Part shown: positions 49,328 through 56,812 of the stretch, in pieces
Numbering within the stretch: position 1 is the first letter of the stretch
Layout: each line of letters begins with the position of its first letter
IMG/VR virus record: IMGVR_UViG_3300030107_002332
From: a virus
DNA: 64,000 nucleotides
Direction: 5' to 3' (one strand)
Notes under the pieces: model-generated
What the model was told of the DNA's origin: nothing
The model's input: the letters and a program-made list of their open reading frames with translations, nothing else
Databases searched by the model: none
Position numbers and translations under genes: made by a program

Positions 49328-49518
49328 TTTACCTCCGTAATTTGTGAAAGTTTGTTAATAATAGAGTAGGAATCTTCGTACTCTTCCTTATTGAATTCGT
49401 ACATTTGTTGCTCAATACAATATACAATAAGGTTGTATTCATTCTCAGTCAATGTTATTTTATCAGGGGTAATATCCTCTGTAATAATAACAGGCATTGA
49501 GGGATACTTACTGACCAT
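49324..49518 (-). CDS. hypothetical protein
   Basis: ORF track. Confidence 0.6.
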   Translation of the reverse strand: MVSKYPSMPVIITEDITPDKITLTENEYNLIVYCIEQQMYEFNKEEYEDSYSIINKLSQITEVK

Positions 49519-49660
49519 GATAACCTCTACCTTTAGTAAGATTTGTGCCTTTAGGTAATTTAATTACCACAGGTCTTTCATCACTAATTAAGAAGTAATA
49601 CTTGATAATTGGTGATGGATTACATAACAATTCGTATGTAGATTGAGAGAGTTGGTTCAT
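49508..49660 (-). CDS. hypothetical protein; start re-called at MNQLSQ
   Basis: 3' part of the track ORF 49508-49729; exact start uncertain. Confidence 0.45.
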   Translation of the reverse strand: MNQLSQSTYELLCNPSPIIKYYFLISDERPVVIKLPKGTNLTKGRGYHGQ

Positions 49661-49712
49661 AATTAAGAAAGAAAAAATCGGGGCGAACATCCACATGGTA
49701 TGCATGCGGTTG

Positions 49713-50015
49713 TTACACTCCGAGGTCAATTAGCAAATCTTTTAGATAAGTTTCTGCACAATCTTCAGCATCATAGATGTTATCAAATGTGCCGAGATCG
49801 AGTTGGTCACCGATTATGCAACCACTTGCATCATTGTAAATCATGGATCTAACTTCAAAACGGTCTCCACCGTAGTGATAGATTGCAAGGTTTGGATCTA
49901 AATCATTTTCTCTACGATATACATCAAAGATTGAGGTACGGACTCCTTGAGTCCACTCGAAACCTAAGAAGTCATCACATAGATTAAGTGATTGTGAAAA
50001 GAGAGTTTTTGTCAT
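49713..50015 (-). CDS. hypothetical early protein
   Basis: ORF track; first gene after element copy 3. Confidence 0.75.
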   Translation of the reverse strand: MTKTLFSQSLNLCDDFLGFEWTQGVRTSIFDVYRRENDLDPNLAIYHYGGDRFEVRSMIYNDASGCIIGDQLDLGTFDNIYDAEDCAETYLKDLLIDLGV

Positions 50016-50070
50016 AAGATTGAAATCGTTAAACTTGAATAAATCGGTGGTCTTTCCTGACCACTCTTAT

Positions 50071-50129
50071 ATAATACACGAAAATACCCCCAAATGGGGG
50101 TATAGTGTGCAACTTATCCAACTGTCTAC
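50071..50129 (-). promoter_or_regulatory. early-type element copy 3 with embedded hairpin
   Basis: TGTGCAACT-tatcca-ACTGTCTAC (50106-50129), 29 bp from TATTAT (50071-50076); ATACCCCC/GGGGGTAT stem in the spacer. Confidence 0.75.
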
Positions 50130-50332
50130 TCTTTTTCTTCTGCTGCTGAGTCCCATGCGTCTGACATGAGATCCCAGTCATAGTTCTCTGGTTCTGTGTC
50201 TGTTGTATCAAATTCAAGGAAATAATAGTCCAAATTAATACCATTTTTTGAGCATACTTCCATCACTTTCTTATATGCTTTTTTGGAAGTAAAGTCGATT
50301 GAGTGATACTCAGTTTCAACAGTAAATGCCAT
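50126..50332 (-). CDS. acidic hypothetical protein
   Basis: ORF track. Confidence 0.7.
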   Translation of the reverse strand: MAFTVETEYHSIDFTSKKAYKKVMEVCSKNGINLDYYFLEFDTTDTEPENYDWDLMSDAWDSAAEEKE

Positions 50333-50355
50333 TTAGTTAATGCAATTTGGGTGAG

Positions 50356-50583
50356 TTAAGTGTTATCGTCATGGACTTTTATACCGATTGTTTGTTGTAT
50401 AAACATTGCATCTTTGTAGATCTCCATGTATACTAATGGGGGATAATTGGGATCTACGTCAGCACAATGAAATGATTTTACAGGATGATATCTGTTATTA
50501 ATATCATCAAATATGGTGACCTCTGAGTCTAACTCAGCATCACTTAATCCTTCAATGTGTTGACGTAATTCCCTGTAATTCAT
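50356..50583 (-). CDS. hypothetical protein, paralogue of 46676-46825
   Basis: shared MxY.+L...+..L...EL..+V.++D.....Y.P..SF pattern. Confidence 0.7.
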   Translation of the reverse strand: MNYRELRQHIEGLSDAELDSEVTIFDDINNRYHPVKSFHCADVDPNYPPLVYMEIYKDAMFIQQTIGIKVHDDNT

Positions 50584-50606
50584 AGTGCTTAAGTAATACT
50601 TACTAT

Positions 50607-50708
50607 CTATGAATTAGCAATGTAGTCATCAATAACCGCAAGCAATTCTGCTGAGGTTTGTGCATCTTCAAGGAGTGCAAATAGAGCAACTTCGGGATTA
50701 AATGCCAT
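50607..50708 (-). CDS. tiny acidic peptide, 33 aa (not in ORF track)
   Basis: own translation MAFNPEVALFALLEDAQTSAELLAVIDDYIANS. Confidence 0.5.
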   Translation of the reverse strand: MAFNPEVALFALLEDAQTSAELLAVIDDYIANS

Positions 50709-50774
50709 GATTAGATGTTTAATTAAGAGGGACAAATTAAGCAGTTTAAAGTCATACTTAAGGACTATAATTGG

Positions 50775-51092
50775 TTATCTTAAGTATAGATAACCACCTG
50801 CCCAGTCTGCTCGTTGAATACACTCATTAAATGAATTATCATCTAATAAGTTATACCTAACGTGACGTGCTGGTTTGTTATAACCTGCTGGTTTAAATAC
50901 ATCACCTGACTTAATGTCAACAAATGCATGTACACCACCTTTAACTTCAACAATTTTATAGTATTTGCGTCCTTCTTTGATATCGAAGTTAACGCAATCT
51001 GCTGTTGAGTTAGTATTATAATCCTGCTGCAATCTCTGTACTAATCTATGAGTTCTCTCATAAACTTTAGTAACAAATGGTGCTTTAGGCAT
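50775..51092 (-). CDS. conserved phage hypothetical early protein
   Basis: GRKYYKIV...VHAFVD...GDVFKPA...ADWAGGYLY pattern recalled from T4-like phages; strong AAGGAG RBS at 51099-51104. Confidence 0.8.
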   Translation of the reverse strand: MPKAPFVTKVYERTHRLVQRLQQDYNTNSTADCVNFDIKEGRKYYKIVEVKGGVHAFVDIKSGDVFKPAGYNKPARHVRYNLLDDNSFNECIQRADWAGGYLYLR

Positions 51093-51112
51093 GTAATACT
51101 CCTTATAAAATG

Positions 51113-51218
51113 TGTATGGAAGAGGTTCGATTTAAAGACTCTTTCCACCTGACCTATGCTAACTCGTTTACCGAGTCTAATTAAGATCAGGGATGGAGTC
51201 ACCCTTGCCTTCCATACA
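51113..51218 (-). ncRNA. candidate structured 5' leader RNA (long irregular hairpin)
   Basis: 10-bp terminal stem TGTATGGAAG/CTTCCATACA plus nested GACUC/GAGUC, CCUGAUC/GGUCAGG and GACUCG/CGAGUU stems; sits between a -10 box and the RBS. Confidence 0.65.
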
Positions 51219-51221
51219 TGT

Positions 51222-51280
51222 ATTATAGCAATAAAAAACCCCCTGTAAAGGGGGTGTGTGTCAGTTTGTTGACTGTCCTA
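51222..51280 (-). promoter_or_regulatory. early-type element copy 4 with embedded terminator-like hairpin
   Basis: TGTGTCAGT-ttgttg-ACTGTCCTA (51257-51280), 29 bp from TGCTATAAT; CCCCCT/AGGGGG stem followed by T6 on the minus strand. Confidence 0.8.
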
Positions 51281-51703
51281 GTTAAATGCTCTGTTGTATG
51301 AGGTTTTGATATAGTTAACAACAGTTGATGAATTCTCAACAACTAATTGATAACCTTTAACCAAATCCTTCCCTAATTCTTGTATCTCATACTCATGAAT
51401 TGCCCATCTGATTTTAACATCTTCAAGGTAATCTGCACGAGATAGTTTAGGTGAATTAGGACGAACTTTAACAGGTTGTTCACCTTTTGCTTCCACTTTT
51501 TTGTTTAACTCATTCATAACAACTGTTGCTGTAGATGGAGTATTTAGTGGAGTAACCTTTTTAGTGGGAGTATCAAGAACTTCTTGAATTTCCTTAATCA
51601 CTTTATCAACTTGTGCAGTTGATTTGGTTACTTTAGGTGAACTCTTACGAGTGCGAGTCTTACGAGGAGTTGTCTTCCTTGTTGTTGACTTAGCAACTGT
51701 CAT
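51278..51703 (-). CDS. hypothetical protein with Lys/Arg/Thr-rich N-terminus; start re-called at MTVAKSTT
   Basis: the track start (51751) lies inside the upstream promoter element. Confidence 0.75.
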   Translation of the reverse strand: MTVAKSTTRKTTPRKTRTRKSSPKVTKSTAQVDKVIKEIQEVLDTPTKKVTPLNTPSTATVVMNELNKKVEAKGEQPVKVRPNSPKLSRADYLEDVKIRWAIHEYEIQELGKDLVKGYQLVVENSSTVVNYIKTSYNRAFN

Positions 51704-51731
51704 AAGTACGTTAATTCGTGTGTACCTCCAT

Positions 51732-51790
51732 ATTATACATGAAAAAAGCACCCGATCAAGGGTGCTTGTGACAGTTTCTTAACAGGTTGT
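51732..51790 (-). promoter_or_regulatory. early-type element copy 5 with embedded terminator-like hairpin
   Basis: TGTGACAGT (51767-51775) with degenerate second half, 29 bp from TATAAT (51732-51737); AAGCACCC/GGGTGCTT stem plus T-tract. Confidence 0.75.
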
Positions 51791-51800
51791 AATAATGATG

Positions 51801-52112
51801 CTAACTTGCCAAAAATGCATTAACATTGTTATCACTAACTAAATCCTCACAAAATTCTCTAAAACTCTCGTCATCTGCACCATCATAATCATAAACTTCT
51901 TGAAGAACTTCGTTGTCTGATTTATCATCAAGACCGTCTAATATGATGTCAAAGACTAACTGTTCTAAAGTTTTTGTGTCCATGTTATTAACAACTCTTT
52001 CAGCGTATGCCTCAGTAATGTTATTAAACTCTTGACGAGATAGTTTAACAAGTTTAAGGACGTTTTGTGATGCTGAAGTCATGTCGTTTGAACTCATTCT
52101 GTATGTACTCAT
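51801..52112 (-). CDS. acidic hypothetical protein
   Basis: ORF track; first gene after element copy 6. Confidence 0.7.
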   Translation of the reverse strand: MSTYRMSSNDMTSASQNVLKLVKLSRQEFNNITEAYAERVVNNMDTKTLEQLVFDIILDGLDDKSDNEVLQEVYDYDGADDESFREFCEDLVSDNNVNAFLAS

Positions 52113-52114
52113 TT

Positions 52115-52173
52115 AATATACCATTGATTGAATCCAAATGGTATTTATGTGTGACACTAGGTATACTGTCACA
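52115..52173 (-). promoter_or_regulatory. early-type element copy 6
   Basis: TGTGACACT-aggtat-ACTGTCACA (52150-52173), 29 bp from TATATT (52115-52120); taccatt/aatggta stem in the spacer. Confidence 0.75.
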
Positions 52174-53101
52174 GTAATTTACTTAAACTATCATTAGGTA
52201 ATCTATCCTGTATTAAGTTACCATATTCCTCATGTAATTCACACCCTAAGTAATACCTACCTAACTCTTTTGCAACCATAGCAGTAGTGCCACTACCCAT
52301 AAATGGGTCAAGAATAATATCATTTTTCTCACTCCCTGCTAATATACAAGGTGTTATTAATTCAGGTGGAAATACAGCGAAGTGACTACCTTTATAGGGT
52401 CTATTTGTTACTTTCCATACACTACGTTTGTTTCTCTTATCATAGACCATTTTGCGTGGTCTTGTTAAACCTGAGAACTGATTATCTGTGTCCTTAGTGT
52501 TATCCATGTTGATAGGTTTGTTACCACCCCAACGTTCACCTACTGCCTTCTCTTTAATACTTTCATGGTCATAATAGTAGTTCTTATTCTTACTTAAGAG
52601 GAACAAATACTCGTGTGATTTAGTACATCTATCCTTAACACTTTCTGGCATTGGATTAGGTTTATGCCATATTATATCCTGACGTAGATACCAACCATCA
52701 GATCTTAGTGCAAATGCTAACATCCAAGGGATGCCAATTAGATCCTTTTCTTTATATCCATCTAACTTATTTGCTCTCTTTGGTGTATACTCTGGTAGGT
52801 CTTGATTAGTCTTACTAACTGTTTGTTTAGGATACGATTTACCTGGTCTATAGTTATAATAACTATCACCAATATTCACCCATAATGTACCATCATCAGT
52901 TAGACAATCTCTCACTTTACTGAATACTTCCACAAGAGATTGTATGTATTCTTCAGGTGTATCTTCCTGTCCTATTTGTTTACTTTCGCCACCATAATCA
53001 CGCAGTCCGTAATAAGGTGGTGATGTAATACAACACCTTGCTTTATCAATAAATGCTGGTAATGTGTCTCTACAATCACCAAATAATATGGTATCTTTCA
53101 T
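52169..53101 (-). CDS. DNA amino-methyltransferase, beta class (N4-C/N6-A); start re-called at MKDTILFGD
   Basis: catalytic TSPPYY precedes SAM-binding ILDPFMGSGTT; WLAFALRSDGWYLRQDIIWHKPNPMPESVKDR. Confidence 0.92.
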   Translation of the reverse strand: MKDTILFGDCRDTLPAFIDKARCCITSPPYYGLRDYGGESKQIGQEDTPEEYIQSLVEVFSKVRDCLTDDGTLWVNIGDSYYNYRPGKSYPKQTVSKTNQDLPEYTPKRANKLDGYKEKDLIGIPWMLAFALRSDGWYLRQDIIWHKPNPMPESVKDRCTKSHEYLFLLSKNKNYYYDHESIKEKAVGERWGGNKPINMDNTKDTDNQFSGLTRPRKMVYDKRNKRSVWKVTNRPYKGSHFAVFPPELITPCILAGSEKNDIILDPFMGSGTTAMVAKELGRYYLGCELHEEYGNLIQDRLPNDSLSKLL

Positions 53102-53247
53102 TAGTTTAGTACAACAATTAAACGAACAATCATGCCAATAACTAACAGATAGTATGACCACATTATGACCATACCTATCTTATTATGACGTGAACCTCTG
53201 ACGTATGGATGTACATTTAGGGATGTACTATTCCATCCATCTTGCAT
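53101..53247 (-). CDS. small membrane peptide, 48 aa (not in ORF track)
   Basis: own translation ending in hydrophobic IGMVIMWSYYLLVIGMIVRLIVVLN; TAATG overlap with the MTase. Confidence 0.55.
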   Translation of the reverse strand: MQDGWNSTSLNVHPYVRGSRHNKIGMVIMWSYYLLVIGMIVRLIVVLN

Positions 53248-53266
53248 ATATTCTTTTGTATGTATT

Positions 53267-54517
53267 TTACGAGACATAAGATTTAGGGGGAATTCCTTCT
53301 ATAAAAATATATGATACCACAGATTGCAGTCTTTTGGCAATTCTCTCACCATATTTACCTGCTATTGGTACACATATTTGACCAAAAGATTTGGTGTATA
53401 ATTGATACTTACCTGCTGGTATTTTACCCTCTTCCATTAACTTTCTATCATCATTATGTACTCTAATTACTCTACCTATTGTCTGTGCCATTTCAATAGT
53501 AGGTAGATTTCTAAGCATAACTGAATGAGTTAAACCTGGAACATTTATACCCTCTGATAGTATAGAATAGTGGAAGATTATAAACTTCTTATTGTTATCT
53601 TTGCCCCATTTTGTAAGTGTTTCAAAGAACTCTTCCCTACCAACTTTCTTACCATTAATGATAGCACCATGCTTAGATGTTATGTGCATAATGTTATATT
53701 GCTCTGAATATAACCATGACCTAATATCAGTATGTGTGAGCATATTCCATAGAATTCTTGTTGTTGGTGCTGATACAAGTATCTTAGGTGCTTGACATTT
53801 AATGCTATTAATTATATCCTTTAAGTTATCACAATCTACCTCATGTGCGTTCTGTTTAGTTCTCTCTCTATCTGTAGGGAATGGTATTACTTTAGGTGGT
53901 AATATTGTACCACTGTTTATCAACTCCCATGCTTCAGTTTGCTCTAATACATTACCATATACTTGAGCATTATTCATACCACGTTCTGCACTAACATTAT
54001 TCTTAGATCTTGCAACTCTTGGAGTTGCAGTAAAGAAATAACGTGATATACCAGATGCAGCAACCCTCTTTATCTGTTGAAAGAAGTTCTTACCAGTACC
54101 ATTATGTGCTTCATCAAAATACATTCTATCAATATTAATATCACTATCTAACACTCTGTGTAGAGAATGATAGGTAGTAAATATTAACTTATGACCAATA
54201 GTATTATTGTGATATACACTTAACTCATGTGAATTAGTGGTACTAAAGTGATGAGTTTCACCACTATGTACATGTAATATCTTAACATTTTTAACAGTAG
54301 ATTCAAACTCACTAGATAACTGATTAGCAAGTAAGATACGAGGTGCTACTATAACAAATGTCTTGTAATTGCCTTCGGTTTGTGATACTATTCTATCACA
54401 ATCAGCAATCATAATGAATGTTTTGCCACCACCAGTAGGTATAATAATCTGACCAGACTTCTCTGTGGTCATCTTATCGTATGCCCTTAACTGGTGTGGT
54501 CTCAATGTGTCTTTCAA
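53267..54517 (-). CDS. superfamily 2 (ResIII-like DEAH) helicase
   Basis: IIPTGGGKT (Walker A), FDEAH, FFTATP, ILSEGINVPGL, QTIGRVIR. Confidence 0.9.
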   Translation of the reverse strand: MKDTLRPHQLRAYDKMTTEKSGQIIIPTGGGKTFIMIADCDRIVSQTEGNYKTFVIVAPRILLANQLSSEFESTVKNVKILHVHSGETHHFSTTNSHELSVYHNNTIGHKLIFTTYHSLHRVLDSDINIDRMYFDEAHNGTGKNFFQQIKRVAASGISRYFFTATPRVARSKNNVSAERGMNNAQVYGNVLEQTEAWELINSGTILPPKVIPFPTDRERTKQNAHEVDCDNLKDIINSIKCQAPKILVSAPTTRILWNMLTHTDIRSWLYSEQYNIMHITSKHGAIINGKKVGREEFFETLTKWGKDNNKKFIIFHYSILSEGINVPGLTHSVMLRNLPTIEMAQTIGRVIRVHNDDRKLMEEGKIPAGKYQLYTKSFGQICVPIAGKYGERIAKRLQSVVSYIFIEGIPPKSYVS

Positions 54518-54541
54518 AAGGCATCATTCTCAACTGATTAC

Positions 54542-54600
54542 ATCATAACATGAAAAAACCACCCCAGTGGGGTGGTTGTGACAGAAGATTAATTGTCTAC
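54542..54600 (-). promoter_or_regulatory. early-type element copy 7 with embedded terminator-like hairpin
   Basis: TGTGACAGA-agatta-ATTGTCTAC (54577-54600), 29 bp from TATGAT (54542-54547); AACCACCCC/GGGGTGGTT stem plus T-tract. Confidence 0.75.
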
Positions 54601-54770
54601 CTTAAAAGATCTGAACATACCCTCCTACAACTTGTTTGTGAACTATCATCACAATCTATTAAACATTCAAAGTAATCGTCCATCAATTCGTCTGTATAAG
54701 AATACATTAGCGAATTGTCTTGATGTTTAGTATATGCTAATTGATTATGTGATATTAAACTGTTTGACAT
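54597..54770 (-). CDS. small twin-CX3C cysteine protein, 57 aa (not in ORF track)
   Basis: own translation MSNSLISHNQLAYTKHQDNSLMYSYTDELMDDYFECLIDCDDSSQTSCRRVCSDLLR; AGGAGG RBS upstream. Confidence 0.75.
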   Translation of the reverse strand: MSNSLISHNQLAYTKHQDNSLMYSYTDELMDDYFECLIDCDDSSQTSCRRVCSDLLR

Positions 54771-54911
54771 ACTTAACCTCCTGTTTGTTAACTTAGACTC
54801 ATAATATAGAGGAGTTTTCAGTGCATCTTGTTGCCTCTAATTCTCCCAACTATTTATTACTATATCAACACATTTATAATTGTTAGTTACAAAAATAAAT
54901 GCCTACTCCTT

Positions 54912-55094
54912 CTATGACATCCAGAGACCACGAATAGCATTTAGACCATACTGATCCTCAGCACGATTTAGTGCCTCTTCTTCACTCATACAGTCCTCAA
55001 TTAGAACCTCTTTGTTGTAACCATTGTCTCTTTCTAATAAGACTGACCAGTTACTACCAGTTTGAAATAAATTAAATAACATTTTTAACTCCAT
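54912..55094 (-). CDS. hypothetical protein
   Basis: ORF track. Confidence 0.65.
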   Translation of the reverse strand: MELKMLFNLFQTGSNWSVLLERDNGYNKEVLIEDCMSEEEALNRAEDQYGLNAIRGLWMS

Positions 55095-55302
55095 TAGGAT
55101 TACGTCCCCTTCGATATATCTCCCAATTAGGATCTGTACCGTCAGGTGTTATATAAAACTTAACTCCTAAGTCATAGTTACAAACATACCATTGTAATCG
55201 TCTGTCGTTAATGTATACCCAAGGGCAACCCTCCAAACGATCTCTTAGGAATTGTCTTGCCCATTGTGACTTAGGAACTAATTTTATACGTTCTGCTGTC
55301 AT
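55072..55302 (-). CDS. hypothetical protein
   Basis: ORF track. Confidence 0.7.
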   Translation of the reverse strand: MTAERIKLVPKSQWARQFLRDRLEGCPWVYINDRRLQWYVCNYDLGVKFYITPDGTDPNWEIYRRGRNPNGVKNVI

Positions 55303-55463
55303 TATATTGAATCAATAATGTCAGCAATTACATCATTTTCTGAACCTAAGAAATCAGATACCCAAGTATCTTCTTTCTCCTGATAATGGTCATGTTGTGT
55401 ATCATAAAATGATTTGTCATTAGGATCAAACTTAGTAGACCATAATGGTTCCTTAAATGTCAT
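55302..55463 (-). CDS. hypothetical protein; start re-called at MTFKEPLW
   Basis: the longer start would overlap 55453-55641 by more than 120 nt. Confidence 0.6.
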   Translation of the reverse strand: MTFKEPLWSTKFDPNDKSFYDTQHDHYQEKEDTWVSDFLGSENDVIADIIDSI

Positions 55464-55641
55464 AACCAAAACCTCCATTGGTTGCTTGTCGTGCTGATTC
55501 AATATCTTCCCTTGCTTTACGAAGAGATTTCTTGAGATGGTGTATCTCTTCCTCTTTGTAAAGAAATGGATCTTTTTCACTCGCTTTGAGTGCTTTTTTG
55601 ATTAAGTCAACTTGTGACTCAGGTGAGAAGAATTGTCTCAT
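55453..55641 (-). CDS. hypothetical helical protein
   Basis: ORF track; ends in the GGFG motif seen in cyanophage small proteins. Confidence 0.7.
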   Translation of the reverse strand: MRQFFSPESQVDLIKKALKASEKDPFLYKEEEIHHLKKSLRKAREDIESARQATNGGFGYDI

Positions 55642-55653
55642 GGTCTTAATATA

Positions 55654-56295
55654 TCATGGATTTGGTAGTTTGCATGCTTTAGCGGACGCTTTGTCATCTG
55701 GCACAACCCAGAAGTTCCCTGATAGCGTCACTCTTTCATGGTCACTATTGTTGGGTGTGACGTAGTGAGGATAGAATGATGGGAATATAACTAAACTCCC
55801 TTGTCTTATCTTAGGTTCAATAGCAAATCCTGTAGGTAAATTAAATACATCTACAAGACCGCATGATTTATATAATGAATGAGAATTATTATAGAACTTA
55901 AAGTTACTCTTTTCTCCAGGAGTTAGAGTATGAAAGTATACCATGCTTAAGTTACATTGAGGAACTGCATGATCGTGATACTCTTGATGATCTCCTTTGT
56001 GATACTTATTAACCCATGCCTCTTGAGGTATGATTTCAATATCACATAATGGTTGTAACTCATCCATGAACTCATCAACTTGAGGTCTTAAACACTCCAA
56101 CCATTGTGTCCAAGGTGCTGACCCATTATTAGCATGTTGGAATGATGTTTGTACATTACAATTCCATCCAACTGCATCACTAAAGTTATCATCATTAGAA
56201 ATGAAAGGTTTAAATAACTCTTCAATTCTTTTTTGATATTCTTCATTCACATCTCCCACATAATACCATGCAGGAGCGAACATTTCAACACTCAT
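55654..56295 (-). CDS. 2OG-Fe(II) oxygenase (TIGR02466-like)
   Basis: WVNKYHKGDHQEYHDH (HxD/H), LSMVYF, VIFPSFYPHYV (distal His), RVTLSGN. Confidence 0.85.
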   Translation of the reverse strand: MSVEMFAPAWYYVGDVNEEYQKRIEELFKPFISNDDNFSDAVGWNCNVQTSFQHANNGSAPWTQWLECLRPQVDEFMDELQPLCDIEIIPQEAWVNKYHKGDHQEYHDHAVPQCNLSMVYFHTLTPGEKSNFKFYNNSHSLYKSCGLVDVFNLPTGFAIEPKIRQGSLVIFPSFYPHYVTPNNSDHERVTLSGNFWVVPDDKASAKACKLPNP

Positions 56296-56483
56296 TGTGA
56301 TAAACCTGTTTTTTTAATGATTTCTGATAATTGTGACATGACCTGTTGGTATGCCTCTACAGATAAAACTTTATCTTTTTTTGCTTTAATTTCTAACTCT
56401 TTAATATAACATAGCATGGCATCTTTCAAGACCTGTTTTTCAGGATCATCAAGTAATATACATGCTGGAAGTTCTATGTTCAT
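56292..56483 (-). CDS. hypothetical protein
   Basis: ORF track. Confidence 0.65.
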   Translation of the reverse strand: MNIELPACILLDDPEKQVLKDAMLCYIKELEIKAKKDKVLSVEAYQQVMSQLSEIIKKTGLSQ

Positions 56484-56674
56484 CTCCTCAATGATGGTAA
56501 GTATTCTAATACATGTTGACGAACTGCCATAAGTTCATTATAGCATTTCTGATTGTGTGCACAACCTCGCAAATGATGATCCGCCTTATGTACACTTTCA
56601 ATGTAAAGATCTAACCCCCGATTCCATTTAGCATCAGGAGTTTCATCTTCTCTAATTGTATTTTGGTCTTTCAT
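56480..56674 (-). CDS. hypothetical protein
   Basis: ORF track. Confidence 0.7.
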   Translation of the reverse strand: MKDQNTIREDETPDAKWNRGLDLYIESVHKADHHLRGCAHNQKCYNELMAVRQHVLEYLPSLRR

Positions 56675-56812
56675 TTATGACTGAGTTGTGTAGTCGATTT
56701 CAACACCATCAGCACTACCGTCATCAAATTCAATATCATCATAGTCATCATCATCCTCAAATATAGATTGAGGTAATGGTTTGATTGTTGGATCTAACTT
56801 AAGTTGTGCCAT
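56675..56812 (-). CDS. very acidic peptide, 45 aa (not in ORF track)
   Basis: own translation MAQLKLDPTIKPLPQSIFEDDDDYDDIEFDDGSADGVEIDYTTQS. Confidence 0.65.
   Translation of the reverse strand: MAQLKLDPTIKPLPQSIFEDDDDYDDIEFDDGSADGVEIDYTTQS

Noticed and set aside
51113-51218. Leader RNA as a hammerhead ribozyme, tRNA or glutamine riboswitch
   Set aside because: Lacks the CUGAnGA/GAAA hammerhead core in the right geometry, has no cloverleaf or T-loop, and does not match the glnA or downstream-peptide consensus as I recall it.
54597-54770. Twin-Cys microprotein as CP12
   Set aside because: Lacks the CP12 AWD.VEEL core and C-terminal C..nP...EC..YDD motif.
54865-54900. Possible NtcA box (GTA-N8-TAC) upstream of 54770
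   Set aside because: Spacing does not fit on either strand.
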